Of a stretch of DNA of 64,000 bases, positions 44,664 to 55,484 are shown piece by piece; positions within the stretch are counted from its first letter, which is position 1; each line of letters starts with the position of its first letter. The position numbers were made by a program, and so were the translations under genes. The stretch spans positions 1,184,001 through 1,248,000 of the forward strand of contig JAXHLW010000013.1 of NCBI GenBank assembly GCA_034521815.1. The letters run 5' to 3'. A model generated the notes under the pieces. That model searched no databases. It had not been told where the DNA came from and saw nothing but the letters and a program-made list of their open reading frames with translations. Source of the stretch: Trueperaceae bacterium (lineage in GTDB: Bacteria; Deinococcota; Deinococci; Deinococcales; Trueperaceae).

Positions 44664-46022
44664 GTGCCACCGCGCGGCGGGACGATCGCCGCGGTCGCGC
44701 TGCGGCGCACCGGACTGGCCCTCTGGCGCATGCGGTTCGGCCTGCGCGGGCGACGGATGCGGAGGCGAGCCGTCGCATGCCAGCTGCGGCTCGCCTGCGA
44801 GGAGCTGGGACCGACGTTCGTGAAGCTGGGCCAGCTGGCCTCCGTTCGGCCCGATCTGGTCCCCGCCGAAGCCGCCTTCGAGCTCGAGCGTCTTCAGGAC
44901 CGTCTTCCTCCCGTCCCGATCGAGCCGATCCGCGCGACCTTGACGGCCGAGCTCGGCGCGCCGCCGGAGCGGATCTTCGCCACCTTCGACCCGGTCCCGG
45001 TCGCGACGGCGTCGATCGCGCAAGTCCACCGCGCCACGCTGGCCCACGACTACCGACCGGTGGTCGGAGCGATGCTGCACGCAGGCGCGACCGTGGCCGT
45101 CAAGGTGATCCGGCCAGGCGTCGAGCGAACGATCGACCAGGACCTGGCGGTCGCGAGCCGCTGGGCCGCCCTACTGGACCGGGTTCCGCGCCTACAGCGG
45201 CTGGGGCTCCGGTCGATGCTGGCCGAGTTTCGAGCCAGCCTGCGAAGCGAGCTGGACCTTCGGAACGAGGGACGCGTGGCCGACCGGTTCGCGCGCGACT
45301 TCGCGGACGATCCGTTGGTCTGCGTGCCGCGCGTCGTCTGGCGTCACACCACCCGTCGCGTCTTGGTGAGCGAGTTCGTCGAGGGGTGGCGGCTGAGCGA
45401 CCTGAGCGACGCGGAGCGCGCCGGCGTCGACGCGCGCGGGCTGGCCACCCACGGGGCCGAGGTGTTCCTCCGGCAGGTGCTGGTGCACGGTCGGTTCCAC
45501 GCCGATCTGCACCCGGCCAACCTGTTCGTCACCCCCGACGGACGCATCTGCTACCTGGACTTCGGCATCGTCGGGCGCACCACGCCGCAGCAGCGGATCG
45601 CCATCGCGCAGGTGCTGGCTGCCACGGTGTACGGCGACGCCGATCGGGCGCTCCGGTACTCGCGCGAGCTGGGCCTCGAGGTGCCGGAGCGTGACGAGGC
45701 CGCGGTCCGCGACGCCGTCGACGCGCTGATGCGCCGGCACCTCACGGAAAGCGAGCCCGCGGACGTGCGCGGTTTCGCGCTGGGCTTCCTGTCGATGCTC
45801 GCCGACTTCCGCATCCCCGTGCCGGAGGGGTACGGCCTGCTCGTCAAGGCGCTCGCGACGGTGGAGGGCGTGGCGCGGGCGATCTACCCCGACATCGACA
45901 TCACGAGGACCGCAGCGCCGTTCGCGACGCGCCTCGTCGCGGCGCAGCTCGCGCAGCCCCGGCGTCTGCGTGAGCGTCTCCCTGCCGCGACGCGAGCGGC
46001 GCTGCGCGAGCTTCTGGCCTGA
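44664..46022 (+). CDS. AarF/UbiB/ABC1 atypical kinase family protein
   Basis: LGPTFVKLGQ, LQD, ATASIAQVH, VAVKV.RPG, FHADLHPANL, LDFGIVG. Confidence 0.93.
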   Translation: MPPRGGTIAAVALRRTGLALWRMRFGLRGRRMRRRAVACQLRLACEELGPTFVKLGQLASVRPDLVPAEAAFELERLQDRLPPVPIEPIRATLTAELGAPPERIFATFDPVPVATASIAQVHRATLAHDYRPVVGAMLHAGATVAVKVIRPGVERTIDQDLAVASRWAALLDRVPRLQRLGLRSMLAEFRASLRSELDLRNEGRVADRFARDFADDPLVCVPRVVWRHTTRRVLVSEFVEGWRLSDLSDAERAGVDARGLATHGAEVFLRQVLVHGRFHADLHPANLFVTPDGRICYLDFGIVGRTTPQQRIAIAQVLAATVYGDADRALRYSRELGLEVPERDEAAVRDAVDALMRRHLTESEPADVRGFALGFLSMLADFRIPVPEGYGLLVKALATVEGVARAIYPDIDITRTAAPFATRLVAAQLAQPRRLRERLPAATRAALRELLA

Positions 46023-46085
46023 CCGCGACGTGCCTTGCGCTCGCGTGCGCATAGGGGTCGCGATCGACGGCATCGAGGTCGCGGC

Positions 46086-47597
46086 CTAATCGACCGATGG
46101 AGAGGCACGGACCGGCGCTTCGGCGGTGGCTGCCGGACGTGCGTGGAACGCGGCGGGGATCGGATCCTCTCCGGCTTCGGTGGTGATCAAATAGACGTGG
46201 TCGCCTGACTCGAAGCGAACCTCGCCGCGTGGCGAGATCATCCGATTGCCGCGGGCGATGGCGGCGATGACGATTTCGTCGGGGAGCTCTAGCTCGCCGA
46301 TCGTGCGACCCACCGCGGGCGCACTGGTGTCGAGCAGCATGTCGAAAACGCCGCTGCCGGGGGGTGCGGCGCCACCGAGCTCCAGGCGGAGCGGCGGCTC
46401 GGGCGTGGCCGGTTCGAGCAGACCGAGCAGGCGCGCGAGCGGCACGACGGTCAGGCCTTGCACGGCCGTGCCCGCGATCACGACCACCACCACGATATCG
46501 AAGAGAAGCTCGCCGTTGGGAACCCGCTGCAGCAGCGGAATGATCGCCAGGATGATCGGCACGGCCCCCTTCAGCCCGGCCCAGGACAGCACGGTGAGCT
46601 CCCGTGCGTCGAACCGGAAGCGTGGCGCCCAGCGGCCGAGCGGGATCAGCACGACAGCGAGACTGGCCGGTCGTGCGACGAGGGTCACGGTCGCCGTCAC
46701 CATCAGTGCGACCGGAATGCTGGCGAGCAGTCGGTCGGGGAACGACAGCAGCCCCAGCAGGAGGAACATCGTGATCTGCGCCCCCCATGCGATGCCGTCC
46801 ATGAACATCCGGATGGCACGCCCCTGAGTCAGCGGACGGTTCCCGAGGATCAGACCGGTCACGTAGATCGCAAGGAACCCCGAGCCACCCAGCAGGTTCG
46901 TGGTCGAGTACACCAGCAGGCCACCCGCCAGGACCAGGATCGGGTAGAGCCCGAAGGCGGGGATCTCGACCGCGTTCAAGACCGTGGCCAGCGCCCGGCC
47001 TCCCGCCCACCCGATCGCCGCGCCCAACGCGAGCTGCGCGACGACCCCGACCACGGCATCGCCAACGCTGACGCCGGCACCGGCCAGGGCAGCGGCGATC
47101 GTGACGGTGAGGTAGACGCTCACCGGATCGTTCGTGCCGGACTCGACCTCGAGGACGCTCCGCAAGCGGCGCGGAAGCCCGCGCCCCTTGAGCACGCTGA
47201 ACACCGCCGCCGCGTCCGTAGGAGCGAGGACCGCCCCGAGAAGCATCGCCTCGAGCCACGAGAATGGCGTGACGACGCGTGCGAGGACCGCGATGAGCAG
47301 CATCTTCACCAGCACGCCGAGGGTCGCGAGAAGCGATGCCGGAAGCAGGGCCTCGCGGAACGCCGACGCCTTCGTGTCGAGCCCGCCGCTCAGCAGAATG
47401 ACGGCCAGCGCCAGCAGACCCACGTTCAGCGCCAGCCCGTAGTCGTCGAACGCCAGTCCACCGGGCCCCGAGCTGCCCGCCAACATTCCGATGCCCACGA
47501 ACACCACCAGCGTCGGCACGCCGAAGCGCTGGGCGACCCTGGTGCTGAGGATGGCCGCCACCGCGAGCGCGCTGGCGACCACGAGAATGACGTCCAT
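46086..47597 (-). CDS. K+/H+ antiporter (CvrA/NhaP2 family) with TrkA-C domain
   Basis: ILLSGGLDT, PTDAAAVFSVL, EVESGTNDP, WAGLKGAVPIILA; C-terminal RCK_C-like domain. Confidence 0.9.
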   Translation of the reverse strand: MDVILVVASALAVAAILSTRVAQRFGVPTLVVFVGIGMLAGSSGPGGLAFDDYGLALNVGLLALAVILLSGGLDTKASAFREALLPASLLATLGVLVKMLLIAVLARVVTPFSWLEAMLLGAVLAPTDAAAVFSVLKGRGLPRRLRSVLEVESGTNDPVSVYLTVTIAAALAGAGVSVGDAVVGVVAQLALGAAIGWAGGRALATVLNAVEIPAFGLYPILVLAGGLLVYSTTNLLGGSGFLAIYVTGLILGNRPLTQGRAIRMFMDGIAWGAQITMFLLLGLLSFPDRLLASIPVALMVTATVTLVARPASLAVVLIPLGRWAPRFRFDARELTVLSWAGLKGAVPIILAIIPLLQRVPNGELLFDIVVVVVIAGTAVQGLTVVPLARLLGLLEPATPEPPLRLELGGAAPPGSGVFDMLLDTSAPAVGRTIGELELPDEIVIAAIARGNRMISPRGEVRFESGDHVYLITTEAGEDPIPAAFHARPAATAEAPVRASPSVD

Positions 47598-47773
47598 GCG
47601 GGACTTTAACCGACGGCTTCGACCCGCCTCCGCAGAACGGGCGTCCGCCGAGTTCTCGACGAGGCCGCGGTCATCGACCCTCGAGCCCACCCAAGAGCAA
47701 GCAGGTGATGCCGAGCGAACCGCGAGAACCGTGGACGTCGATGCCCGAGTCGATGACCAGCTTGCCCCGCGCG

Positions 47774-50056
47774 TCACCGCGACCGGCTCACCGGGCCGAC
47801 CTGCAGCGAGCGTAGAGTCACGACACCCGCGGGCACCTGATCGAACACCAGCGCGATCTCGAAAACGCGCGCGAGGTCGAGCGCCGGGTTCGCCGCCAAC
47901 AGGTCGGCCAGCGGTAGGTCGACGCGCTGGAACAACGGGTACGCGTCCGGACGGTAGCGGACCGCCTCGAACGGGGCCAGGCGCGTCACCACGGTCGGCA
48001 GGTGCGGCGGCACGCCCTGCGTACCCGCCAGCGCCATACCGGCCACCTCGCCGGCATCGTCGACCAGCGCCACGCGCAGGTCGACCGGACCCGTCGGCGT
48101 CGCGTTTGCGCCGGGCAACGGGCCGACGCCACGACCCAACTCCAGGGTGAGGACCGCCTCCCGTGGCGCCTCGACCAGGCCATCGATCAGGTCGGCCAGG
48201 GAGACCGGCAACCGCACCCGGAAGCTGGGCGTCCGCTCGTCCTCGTCCTCACTCCACCCCAGCGTGACGGACGTGGCGTCGCGCGACACGCCGTCCCGGA
48301 AGCCAGGGTCCCCCAAGCGCCAGAGGGACAGGCCGTCGGCACTCACGACGCTCCCCTGCAGGCTACCGACGCCAGGATCGACATGCGACCCGTCGCCCAG
48401 CAGCGTGAGGGCGCGACCGTCGTCGTAGCGCGTCACGTACACGGTCGGTGGCAGCCAGTCGAGGCCGCCGCGGGGATCGCGGAACAGCTCGCGGTAGCCG
48501 TGCTCGCCCAGCAGGCTGGCACGAACGAATGCGCCGATCAGGGCCGCACCGGCGCGCTGCTGCTCGGCCTCGCTCATGATCGCCGCGGTGCGCAAGAGGG
48601 GCGCCAGCGGCGGCATCTGGTCGTGACGCCCCCACCGCTCGTTGAACTGGCCGTGGTTGGCGTGGTGCACGTAGACGGCCGCCTTGAAGCCACCCTCGGC
48701 AGGCCGCGCGCGCTCGTACTGCCGCTCGCCCACGAAGCTGCTCACGTCGCCGTCGAAGCCGCCGTGCAGCACCAGGTAATCGACGCCGCGCAGCGAGGTG
48801 GGCCGGTCGCCTAGGCGGTACTGGCCGTCGCTCGGGGCGATCGCGATCACCGCCTGCACGGCGTGCGGACCGCCGACCCGCTCCTGGAGGGGCGCCAGCG
48901 CGTCCGCGGGCAGACGACCGAGGCGGTCGAGCTCTGCCGCCAGCGCGGCCGCCTCGCCACCACGCGAATGGCCGGCGAGCGCCACGCGGCTCAGGTCGAC
49001 GCGCGGAACGGCCGGCTCCATCGACGGCCTCCCAACCTTGCCACAGGTCGAGATGCGCCAGCATCAAGAGCGCCCGGGCGTGGTTCTCGCCACGCAGACC
49101 GCCGACGATCGGCAGCGCGTTGAACGCGGCGGCGTCGATCGACGCCACCACGATGCCGTGGGACGCCAGGTGCTTGCCCAACCAGGCGTAGCCGTCCTCG
49201 GAGGCGACGAAGAGGTTGGCGTTGCCGTGGGCGATGAGCAGCAGCGGGTACGGACCCTCCCCCTCGGCCGGGTACCACACCACCGCGTTGCGCGGCACGG
49301 CATCGAGGTCGAACCCCAGCGCGGCCCGCCGGACCGGGCGGGCCACCGGCCCAGCTCCACCAGGTCGGCGAGGTCGATGGCTGTCGTCGCGAACGCGGCG
49401 TCCTCGCCGTACTCGGGCCGCCAATGCGGCAGGCCGCTGCCGTAGCGCAGCGTCGCGACCGCCAGCGGGCCCGGCACACCCGGATCGGGCAGCGCCAGTG
49501 GCGGCGCTGTACCAGCGACCAGCGGCGGCACCGGGTCGGCGCTGCCCGGCCACCACCACCAGGCCACGATCGCCACCGTAGCGAGGCCGGCGAGGACGGT
49601 GCCGATCGCCGCGTACGCGCGTGAACGGGGTGCGCCCGCCGTGGCACTCGGCCGCCACAGAGCCCGGCGCAACAGCGCCAGCGTCAGCACCATCCCCGTG
49701 CCAGCCACCAGCCAGGCGCCCCACACCGCCAAGGCCACCAACGGCGGCAACGACCCGAACGCGATCAGCATCGCCGCAGCGCCGATGGTGGCGTGCAACA
49801 CGGCGGGGCCGAGGACGCGCGTCCAGTCGACGGCGACCCAGCGCAGCAAAGCGAGACTCAGCGAGCCCAGGCCGAGCAGCGCCAGGCCCAGGCCGAAGCC
49901 GATGGCGAGATCGATCAGCGGGCCGTACGGGTGACCGATGGCGCTGCCAATCCAGGTCATCAGGGCCAGCAGCGCGAGCCGCGCACCCCAGCCTAGGACT
50001 TCAGGGAGGTCGGCCAGAACCGACCGGGCGGGGCGCGTCTCAGGCGAGGTGGACAT
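47774..50056 (-). CDS. Membrane-anchored alpha/beta hydrolase, split by apparent frameshifts (near 49320-49345 and 49025)
   Basis: N-terminal TMs (ORF 49064..50056), middle PLLLIAHGN..GYAWLG.HLASHG (ORF 48363..49724), nucleophile elbow GHSRGG and ANHGQFN (ORF 47774..49021). Confidence 0.75.
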
Positions 50057-50201
50057 GAGCCATGGTGGTCCCGAGGCCCGTTCGAGCGCAAGTGCCCGGC
50101 GGATGCCGCGGTGTCGAGCAGCAGCTGCGGGAGGCCGTCACGCTGCGACCATACGCTGCGACCATCCGTAGAAGAAGTGGCCGACGTCGAGGAAGAACAC
50201 C

Positions 50202-51086
50202 TCACCTCGACCGCGTAAAATCCGTGTCGCTTAGAGGACCTTCCGATGCCGGCCGCCGGGGCCCTTCTCCAGGCGAAGCGGCGCGCATACTCACCAACAG
50301 GAACGCCAACGACGTGAGCGACCCAACGGTGAAGAACACCCACAAGCCGAGCAGCTCGTCGCCTCCGCCCACGAGCGACCCCACGGCGAGCATCCCGGCG
50401 TAGATCGCTCCCTTGACGTTCATGACGACGGCGATCACGAACCCCCAGCCGCGCTGCGACCACAGCCACGCCGCTCCGAGCGCGACCGGCGCCACCACGA
50501 GCGACAGGTCCAGTGCCGCGATGAGACGGAACGGCTCCGCCCCGATCTCCGGCACGCTCCCCGTCGCGACGTACGCCAGCCACTGCCCAACCCAGGCCAG
50601 GCCGAGCACGAGCGACCAGACGCCCATGTAGCCCGACACCCACCTCGCGGTCGTCACCGCCGAGAACGAACGGCCGGTCGCGACCGGATCGAGCACCGTC
50701 GAGCCCGCGATCAGGGCCGCCCCGCTCGCCACGAACGACGTGACGTACAGCAGGAAGTGCACGTTCAGCGCCGCCCCGAACAGGTAGAAGGCGTAGGTGT
50801 AGAGGGCGTACTGCAGGACCCCGAGCAGCACCAGGTAGCCCCGCGCCGACCCGCGCCGGGCGAGCGCGAGCGACGCGAACAGGACGGGGACGGCGACGAA
50901 CAGCGTCACCGGGTCGTTGACGCGCCAAGCAGCGAGCGCGAACGCCGGATCCCGGTACAGGCCTGGCAGAAGCATGCCGGTCGCGGACTGCACCAGCATC
51001 AGCAGCCCGACCCCGGTCGCGAGCGCGAACGTTACGCGAAGGCGGACCTGCGCAGCGGCGCTCGGCAGCGCCAACGCTCCTAGCAT
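50202..51086 (-). CDS. Polytopic membrane protein of unknown function
   Basis: About eight hydrophobic segments; D.VTL..AVP, Y.YAFYLFG, ALDLS. Confidence 0.7.
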   Translation of the reverse strand: MLGALALPSAAAQVRLRVTFALATGVGLLMLVQSATGMLLPGLYRDPAFALAAWRVNDPVTLFVAVPVLFASLALARRGSARGYLVLLGVLQYALYTYAFYLFGAALNVHFLLYVTSFVASGAALIAGSTVLDPVATGRSFSAVTTARWVSGYMGVWSLVLGLAWVGQWLAYVATGSVPEIGAEPFRLIAALDLSLVVAPVALGAAWLWSQRGWGFVIAVVMNVKGAIYAGMLAVGSLVGGGDELLGLWVFFTVGSLTSLAFLLVSMRAASPGEGPRRPASEGPLSDTDFTRSR

Positions 51087-51321
51087 GGTCTTTATCGTGC
51101 CACATTGGACGGTCCCTGCGTCGCGGACGAGGGCGAACGCCCGGAAGCATCGTGGCTCGGCAGCACCGGCGCTGTTCGAGGACGCGTTTCCAGAGGCGCC
51201 GACCGACGCACAACGAACGATCGACCGCGAGCAACGAACGACGGGCGAGGAAATCGGGAAAGGAACGACGAGCGTGCGAACCGTAGCCAGCCGGACTGAA
51301 GCGCGACCGAGGAGGCACCCG

Positions 51322-51806
51322 ATGGAACGAGGCGCGTTCGAAGCGTACGTGTTCGACCCGCTCGATCTGCGCGACACCTACGCCTTCCGCGACCCCACCG
51401 ACACACGTCCCGCGCCGATGTACTACAAGGACGCTCCGCTGCACGTGCCCCGCTACATCACCTCGGTGACCGGCCGAGGGCGGGATCGTCTCCACCGCGC
51501 CAGACACAATGCGCTTCCGCAGGGCCTTCTTCACCGGACGCTTCTTCCCGTGGAGACCATCGAGCCGCTCAAGCGATGGAACCGGACCACTTTCCCGGAC
51601 AGTTCGACTTCGGCATCGGCCTGGAAAAGCAGTGGACTCGATGGCTGAGTCTCACCGTTCGTCCCGATTGGCGAGCTGCTGGGATTCTGGAGGCAGTCCG
51701 GCGCCTTCGCTTCCACAACCCCCAACGCGACCTGTACTTCACAGGCACGGTGATTTGGTTGAGCGAGATGGGGCACGGCGCGGCGGTGCGAGGTCCTTCC
51801 CGCTAA
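51322..51806 (+). pseudogene. Remnant of a beta-lactamase-family serine hydrolase (C-terminal part)
   Basis: Pieces YVFDPLDL.DT / AEGGIVSTA.DTMRF.RAFF.G / FPGQFDFGIG / LLGFW.QSGAF / HNPQRDLYFTGT lie in successive different frames. Confidence 0.6.
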
Positions 51807-51915
51807 GGTCGGGGAACGACGCGTGCAGCCGCGCGGTCTCGGCCGAGTAGGCGGGACAGGCCGCGTTCGCGTCGTCGCAGACGGTGAGCACCACGTCGAA
51901 GCTCCACGACTCCAG
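51800..51915 (-). pseudogene. Fragment of ArsC/LMW-PTP arsenate reductase
   Basis: SFDVVLTVCDDANAACPAY...RLHASFPD; N-terminal CxxNSxRS loop not found. Confidence 0.55.
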
Positions 51916-52116
51916 CCCCCGCCCCCAGCAGGGAAGAAGAGGAAGCATCCTACGATCGAGGGGGGGCATACACCACTTGACACAACTTGCGACCGCGCAG
52001 CATTCTGCTGTCGGGGGAAAAGAAGCGTTCCTCGCGAGGCGCTCTGTCAGGGCCGCGCTCCCGAGGCCAGGTGGCAGCGCCGCACCTCCGATGAGCCCTG
52101 CACAGAGAGGATCTTC

Positions 52117-53175
52117 ATGAAAGCGCTTGTCTATCACGGGCCTGGCCAGAAGTCATGGGAAGATGTGCCGGACCCGGAGCTGCAGAAGCCCACCGACGCC
52201 ATCGTCCAGATCGACACCACCACCATCTGCGGTACGGACCTCCACATCCTGAAGGGAGACGTGCCGGCGGTCACGGACGGTCGAGTTCTCGGCCACGAAG
52301 GCGTGGGCACGATCACCGAGGTGGGATCGGCGGTGAAGGGCCTGGCGGTCGGCGACCGCGTAATCATCTCGTGCATCACCGCGTGCGGATCGTGCGCCTA
52401 CTGCCATCAACAGCTCCCCTCCCACTGCCTGGACGAGGAAGGTGCCTCAGGCATCGGATGGATCCTCGGCCACCTCATCGACGGGACCCAGGCGGAGTAC
52501 GTCCGGATCCCGTTCGCCGACAACTCGCTGCACAAGCTGCCGGCCGACGTAAGCGACGAAGCCGCCATCATGCTCTCCGACATCCTGCCGACCGGCTTCG
52601 AGATCGGCATCCGCAACGGCGACGTGGAGCCGGGCGACGTGGTGGCCGTCGTCGGCGCCGGACCGGTCGGGCTCTCCGTGATCATGACGGCCGGGCTCCA
52701 AGGGGCCTCCAGGGTCGTCGCCATCGACCTGGACGACAACCGTCTCGAAATGGCGCGGAAGTTCGGAGCCACCGACACCGTCAACAGCGGAGAGGACGGC
52801 TGGCACGATCGAGTCATGGCGATGACCGAAGGCGGGCTGGGCGTCGATGTGGCGGTCGAAGCCGTGGGCATCCCCAAGACCTTCGACATGTGCACATCGC
52901 TGATCCGGCCGGGCGCCTCGGTGGCGAACGTGGGGGTGCACGGCACGTCGGTCGAGCTCAAGCTGCAGGATCTCTGGATCAAGGACATCAGCATCACCAC
53001 GGGTCTGGTCAGCGCGACCACGACGCCCATGCTCCTCAAGTTGGTCAGCCAGGGCAAGATCGAGCCGGAGCAGTTCGTGACCCATCGGTTCAAGCTGGAC
53101 GACATGATGGAGGCGTACGACGTCTTCGGTCGAGCCGCCGAGACGAAGTCCATGAAGGTGGCCATCTCCCGGTAG
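52117..53175 (+). CDS. Zinc-dependent alcohol dehydrogenase (MDR family)
   Basis: ICGTDLH, GHEGVG, structural Zn CGSCAYC...C, LSDILPTG, GAGPVG. Confidence 0.94.
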   Translation: MKALVYHGPGQKSWEDVPDPELQKPTDAIVQIDTTTICGTDLHILKGDVPAVTDGRVLGHEGVGTITEVGSAVKGLAVGDRVIISCITACGSCAYCHQQLPSHCLDEEGASGIGWILGHLIDGTQAEYVRIPFADNSLHKLPADVSDEAAIMLSDILPTGFEIGIRNGDVEPGDVVAVVGAGPVGLSVIMTAGLQGASRVVAIDLDDNRLEMARKFGATDTVNSGEDGWHDRVMAMTEGGLGVDVAVEAVGIPKTFDMCTSLIRPGASVANVGVHGTSVELKLQDLWIKDISITTGLVSATTTPMLLKLVSQGKIEPEQFVTHRFKLDDMMEAYDVFGRAAETKSMKVAISR

Positions 53176-53382
53176 CCTCCGGCGACTGCGTCGCAGAGGA
53201 ACGGATGGAGGTGGATCAGTAGAAGCAGGAAGTCGGCGCCCCACCCGGCGAAGAGGGTCGGGCGCCTGCGGTACACGACCGGTGGGTCATCGACCCGTCG
53301 CGTGCGGGATCCGACGGGGTTGCCCGGTGGAGCGGCCGCGCACCTCCGGTATCGGCGCCGTCCTTCAAGATGGCTCCACAGC

Positions 53383-54612
53383 CTACCCCGACAGCTGCCC
53401 GATGATCGAGAACATCGGCAGGAACATGCCGGCGACGATGAACCCGACGACCGTTCCGAGGAACACGATCAGCGCCGGCTCCAACGCGGCGGTGAGGCTG
53501 CCGACCGCCTCGTCGACCTCGCGCTCGTAGAACGACGCGATCTTCTGCATCATCGTGTCCACGGCGCCGGTCTCCTCGCCGATCGCCGTCATGGACGACA
53601 CCAGCGGCGGAAACACCTGCGGATAGCGCATCAGCGTGGCGCTGATCTGCTCGCCGCGCTGGACGGACTCCTTCGTCTCTTCCAGGATGTCCTCGACGAT
53701 GGCGTTCCGCGCCGCGCCCTTGGTGATCTCGAGCGACTCGAGGATGTTCACCCCGCTGCGGAGCAGCAGCCCGAAGGTGTTCGAGAAGTTCGCGATCGCC
53801 GTCTTCTGGATCAGGACCCCGAACACCGGCGTCCGCAACGCCAGCCGGTCCAGCGCGTGCCGGCCGTTGTCGGTGCGGTACCAGAACCGTAGCCCGACGA
53901 CCACGCCCACGATCACCGCGGCCAGCAGCCACCAGAAGTTGAGCAGGAAGTCGCTGATCCCGACCAGGATGCGGGTGATGACCGGCAGGTCGCCCCCGAG
54001 CTGATCGAGGATCGTCGCGAACTGCGGCACGATCCCGGTCAGCAGGAAGAACGTCACCGCCAGGGCGATCACCAGCACCACGACCGGGTAGGTGAGCGCG
54101 GTACGGATCTTGCCCCGCAGCTCCGCCTGCTTCTCCATGTACGCCGCGACGCGCTCGAGGATGCCGTCGAGGTTCCCCGACACCTCGCCGGCCTTGACCA
54201 GGTAGATGTAGAGCTTGTTGAAGATGCCCGGGAACTTCGCCATCGCGTCCGAGAGCGGGAGGCCGGTCTCGACGTCCTCGCGGATCTTCCTCAGCGCGTT
54301 CTTGAGGCCTTCCTTCTCGGCCTGCCGCTGCAGGATCGCGAGCGACTGCACCACGGGAAGCCCGGCGTTGATCACGGTCGCGAACTGCCGGCTGAAGATC
54401 GTGACGTCGCGAAGGCCGGGCCGGCTGCTGGGATCCAGCCAGGCGGGCAGCTTGATGTCGGCGCTCAGGCCGCGCTTGGGCGTCTTGATCTCGCTGACGA
54501 AGTAGCCCTTCTCGCGCAGCGCGGCCGCCACGTCGCGCTGGGAGGCCGCCTCCATCGTGGCCGCGATCATCTTGCCGCCGCGGTCCCTGGCCTTGTACTC
54601 GAATACGGGCAT
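53383..54612 (-). CDS. pilC: Type IV pilus platform protein / T2SS F family
   Basis: FEYKARD..G, FSRQFATVINAGLP, GEVSGNL, ALTYP, IGEETG, LEP, MFLPMF; GGAGGAGG RBS. Confidence 0.93.
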   Translation of the reverse strand: MPVFEYKARDRGGKMIAATMEAASQRDVAAALREKGYFVSEIKTPKRGLSADIKLPAWLDPSSRPGLRDVTIFSRQFATVINAGLPVVQSLAILQRQAEKEGLKNALRKIREDVETGLPLSDAMAKFPGIFNKLYIYLVKAGEVSGNLDGILERVAAYMEKQAELRGKIRTALTYPVVVLVIALAVTFFLLTGIVPQFATILDQLGGDLPVITRILVGISDFLLNFWWLLAAVIVGVVVGLRFWYRTDNGRHALDRLALRTPVFGVLIQKTAIANFSNTFGLLLRSGVNILESLEITKGAARNAIVEDILEETKESVQRGEQISATLMRYPQVFPPLVSSMTAIGEETGAVDTMMQKIASFYEREVDEAVGSLTAALEPALIVFLGTVVGFIVAGMFLPMFSIIGQLSG

Positions 54613-54760
54613 CGTGCCTCCTCCTGCGCGGTTCCACGACCGGCGCACGGGTCGGGGCGCGGGTCGTCGCGTGGGCCTCTCGGCTACCATATCCGGCCGC
54701 GCGCGCGGCTCGCCGCGGATTCGCTCACGTCTCGCAAAGGCCGATGGTAGCCTCCGTCCG

Positions 54761-55414
54761 ATGCCTCGCGAGCGCAAGAACGACCGCCTGGAGCGGGCTG
54801 CACGGATCTTGGACGCCCTCGGGCGGGCGTATCCGGACGCGGCCAGCGAGCTCGACTTCGGCTCGCCCTACCAGCTGCTGGTCGCCACGATCCTCTCGGC
54901 CCAGGCCACCGACGTCAGCGTCAACGCCGCCACGCCGGCGCTGTTCGACGCCTACCCGACCCCCGAGGCGCTGGCCGCCGCCACGCCGGAGGAGGTCGAG
55001 CCGTACGTGCGGACGATCGGCCTGTACCGAACGAAGGCGAAGAACCTGGTGCGGATGGCGGGCCTGTTGGTCGAGCGACACGGCGGCGAGGTGCCCGAGT
55101 CGTTCGAGGCGCTCCTCGAGCTGCCGGGCGTCGGGCGCAAGACCGCGAACGTCGTCGCCTCGAACGCGTTCGGCAGGCCCGGCATCGCCGTCGACACCCA
55201 CGTCGGTCGACTGGCCCGACGATTGCGGCTCAGCCGCCACCAGGATCCCGACAAGGTCGAGCGTGACCTGGAGCGGCTGTTCCCGACGGACAGCTGGATC
55301 TTCGTCCACCACGCCCTGATCCTGCACGGACGGCGTGTCTGCCGCGCACGGTCGCCGGCGTGCGACGCCTGCTCGCTGGCTCCCGACTGCCCGAGCGCGG
55401 GCACCTTCACGTAG
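54761..55414 (+). CDS. nth: Endonuclease III
   Basis: LLVATILSAQATD, HhH LPGVGRKTANV, VDTHV, C.ARSP.C..C.L...C Fe-S motif. Confidence 0.96.
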   Translation: MPRERKNDRLERAARILDALGRAYPDAASELDFGSPYQLLVATILSAQATDVSVNAATPALFDAYPTPEALAAATPEEVEPYVRTIGLYRTKAKNLVRMAGLLVERHGGEVPESFEALLELPGVGRKTANVVASNAFGRPGIAVDTHVGRLARRLRLSRHQDPDKVERDLERLFPTDSWIFVHHALILHGRRVCRARSPACDACSLAPDCPSAGTFT

Positions 55415-55484
55415 GCGAACGTCCGGCAGCGACGTGTAAGCGACGGTCCCGACCTGCCCGCGTCCTCCTGCTAGCCTTCTGCGC

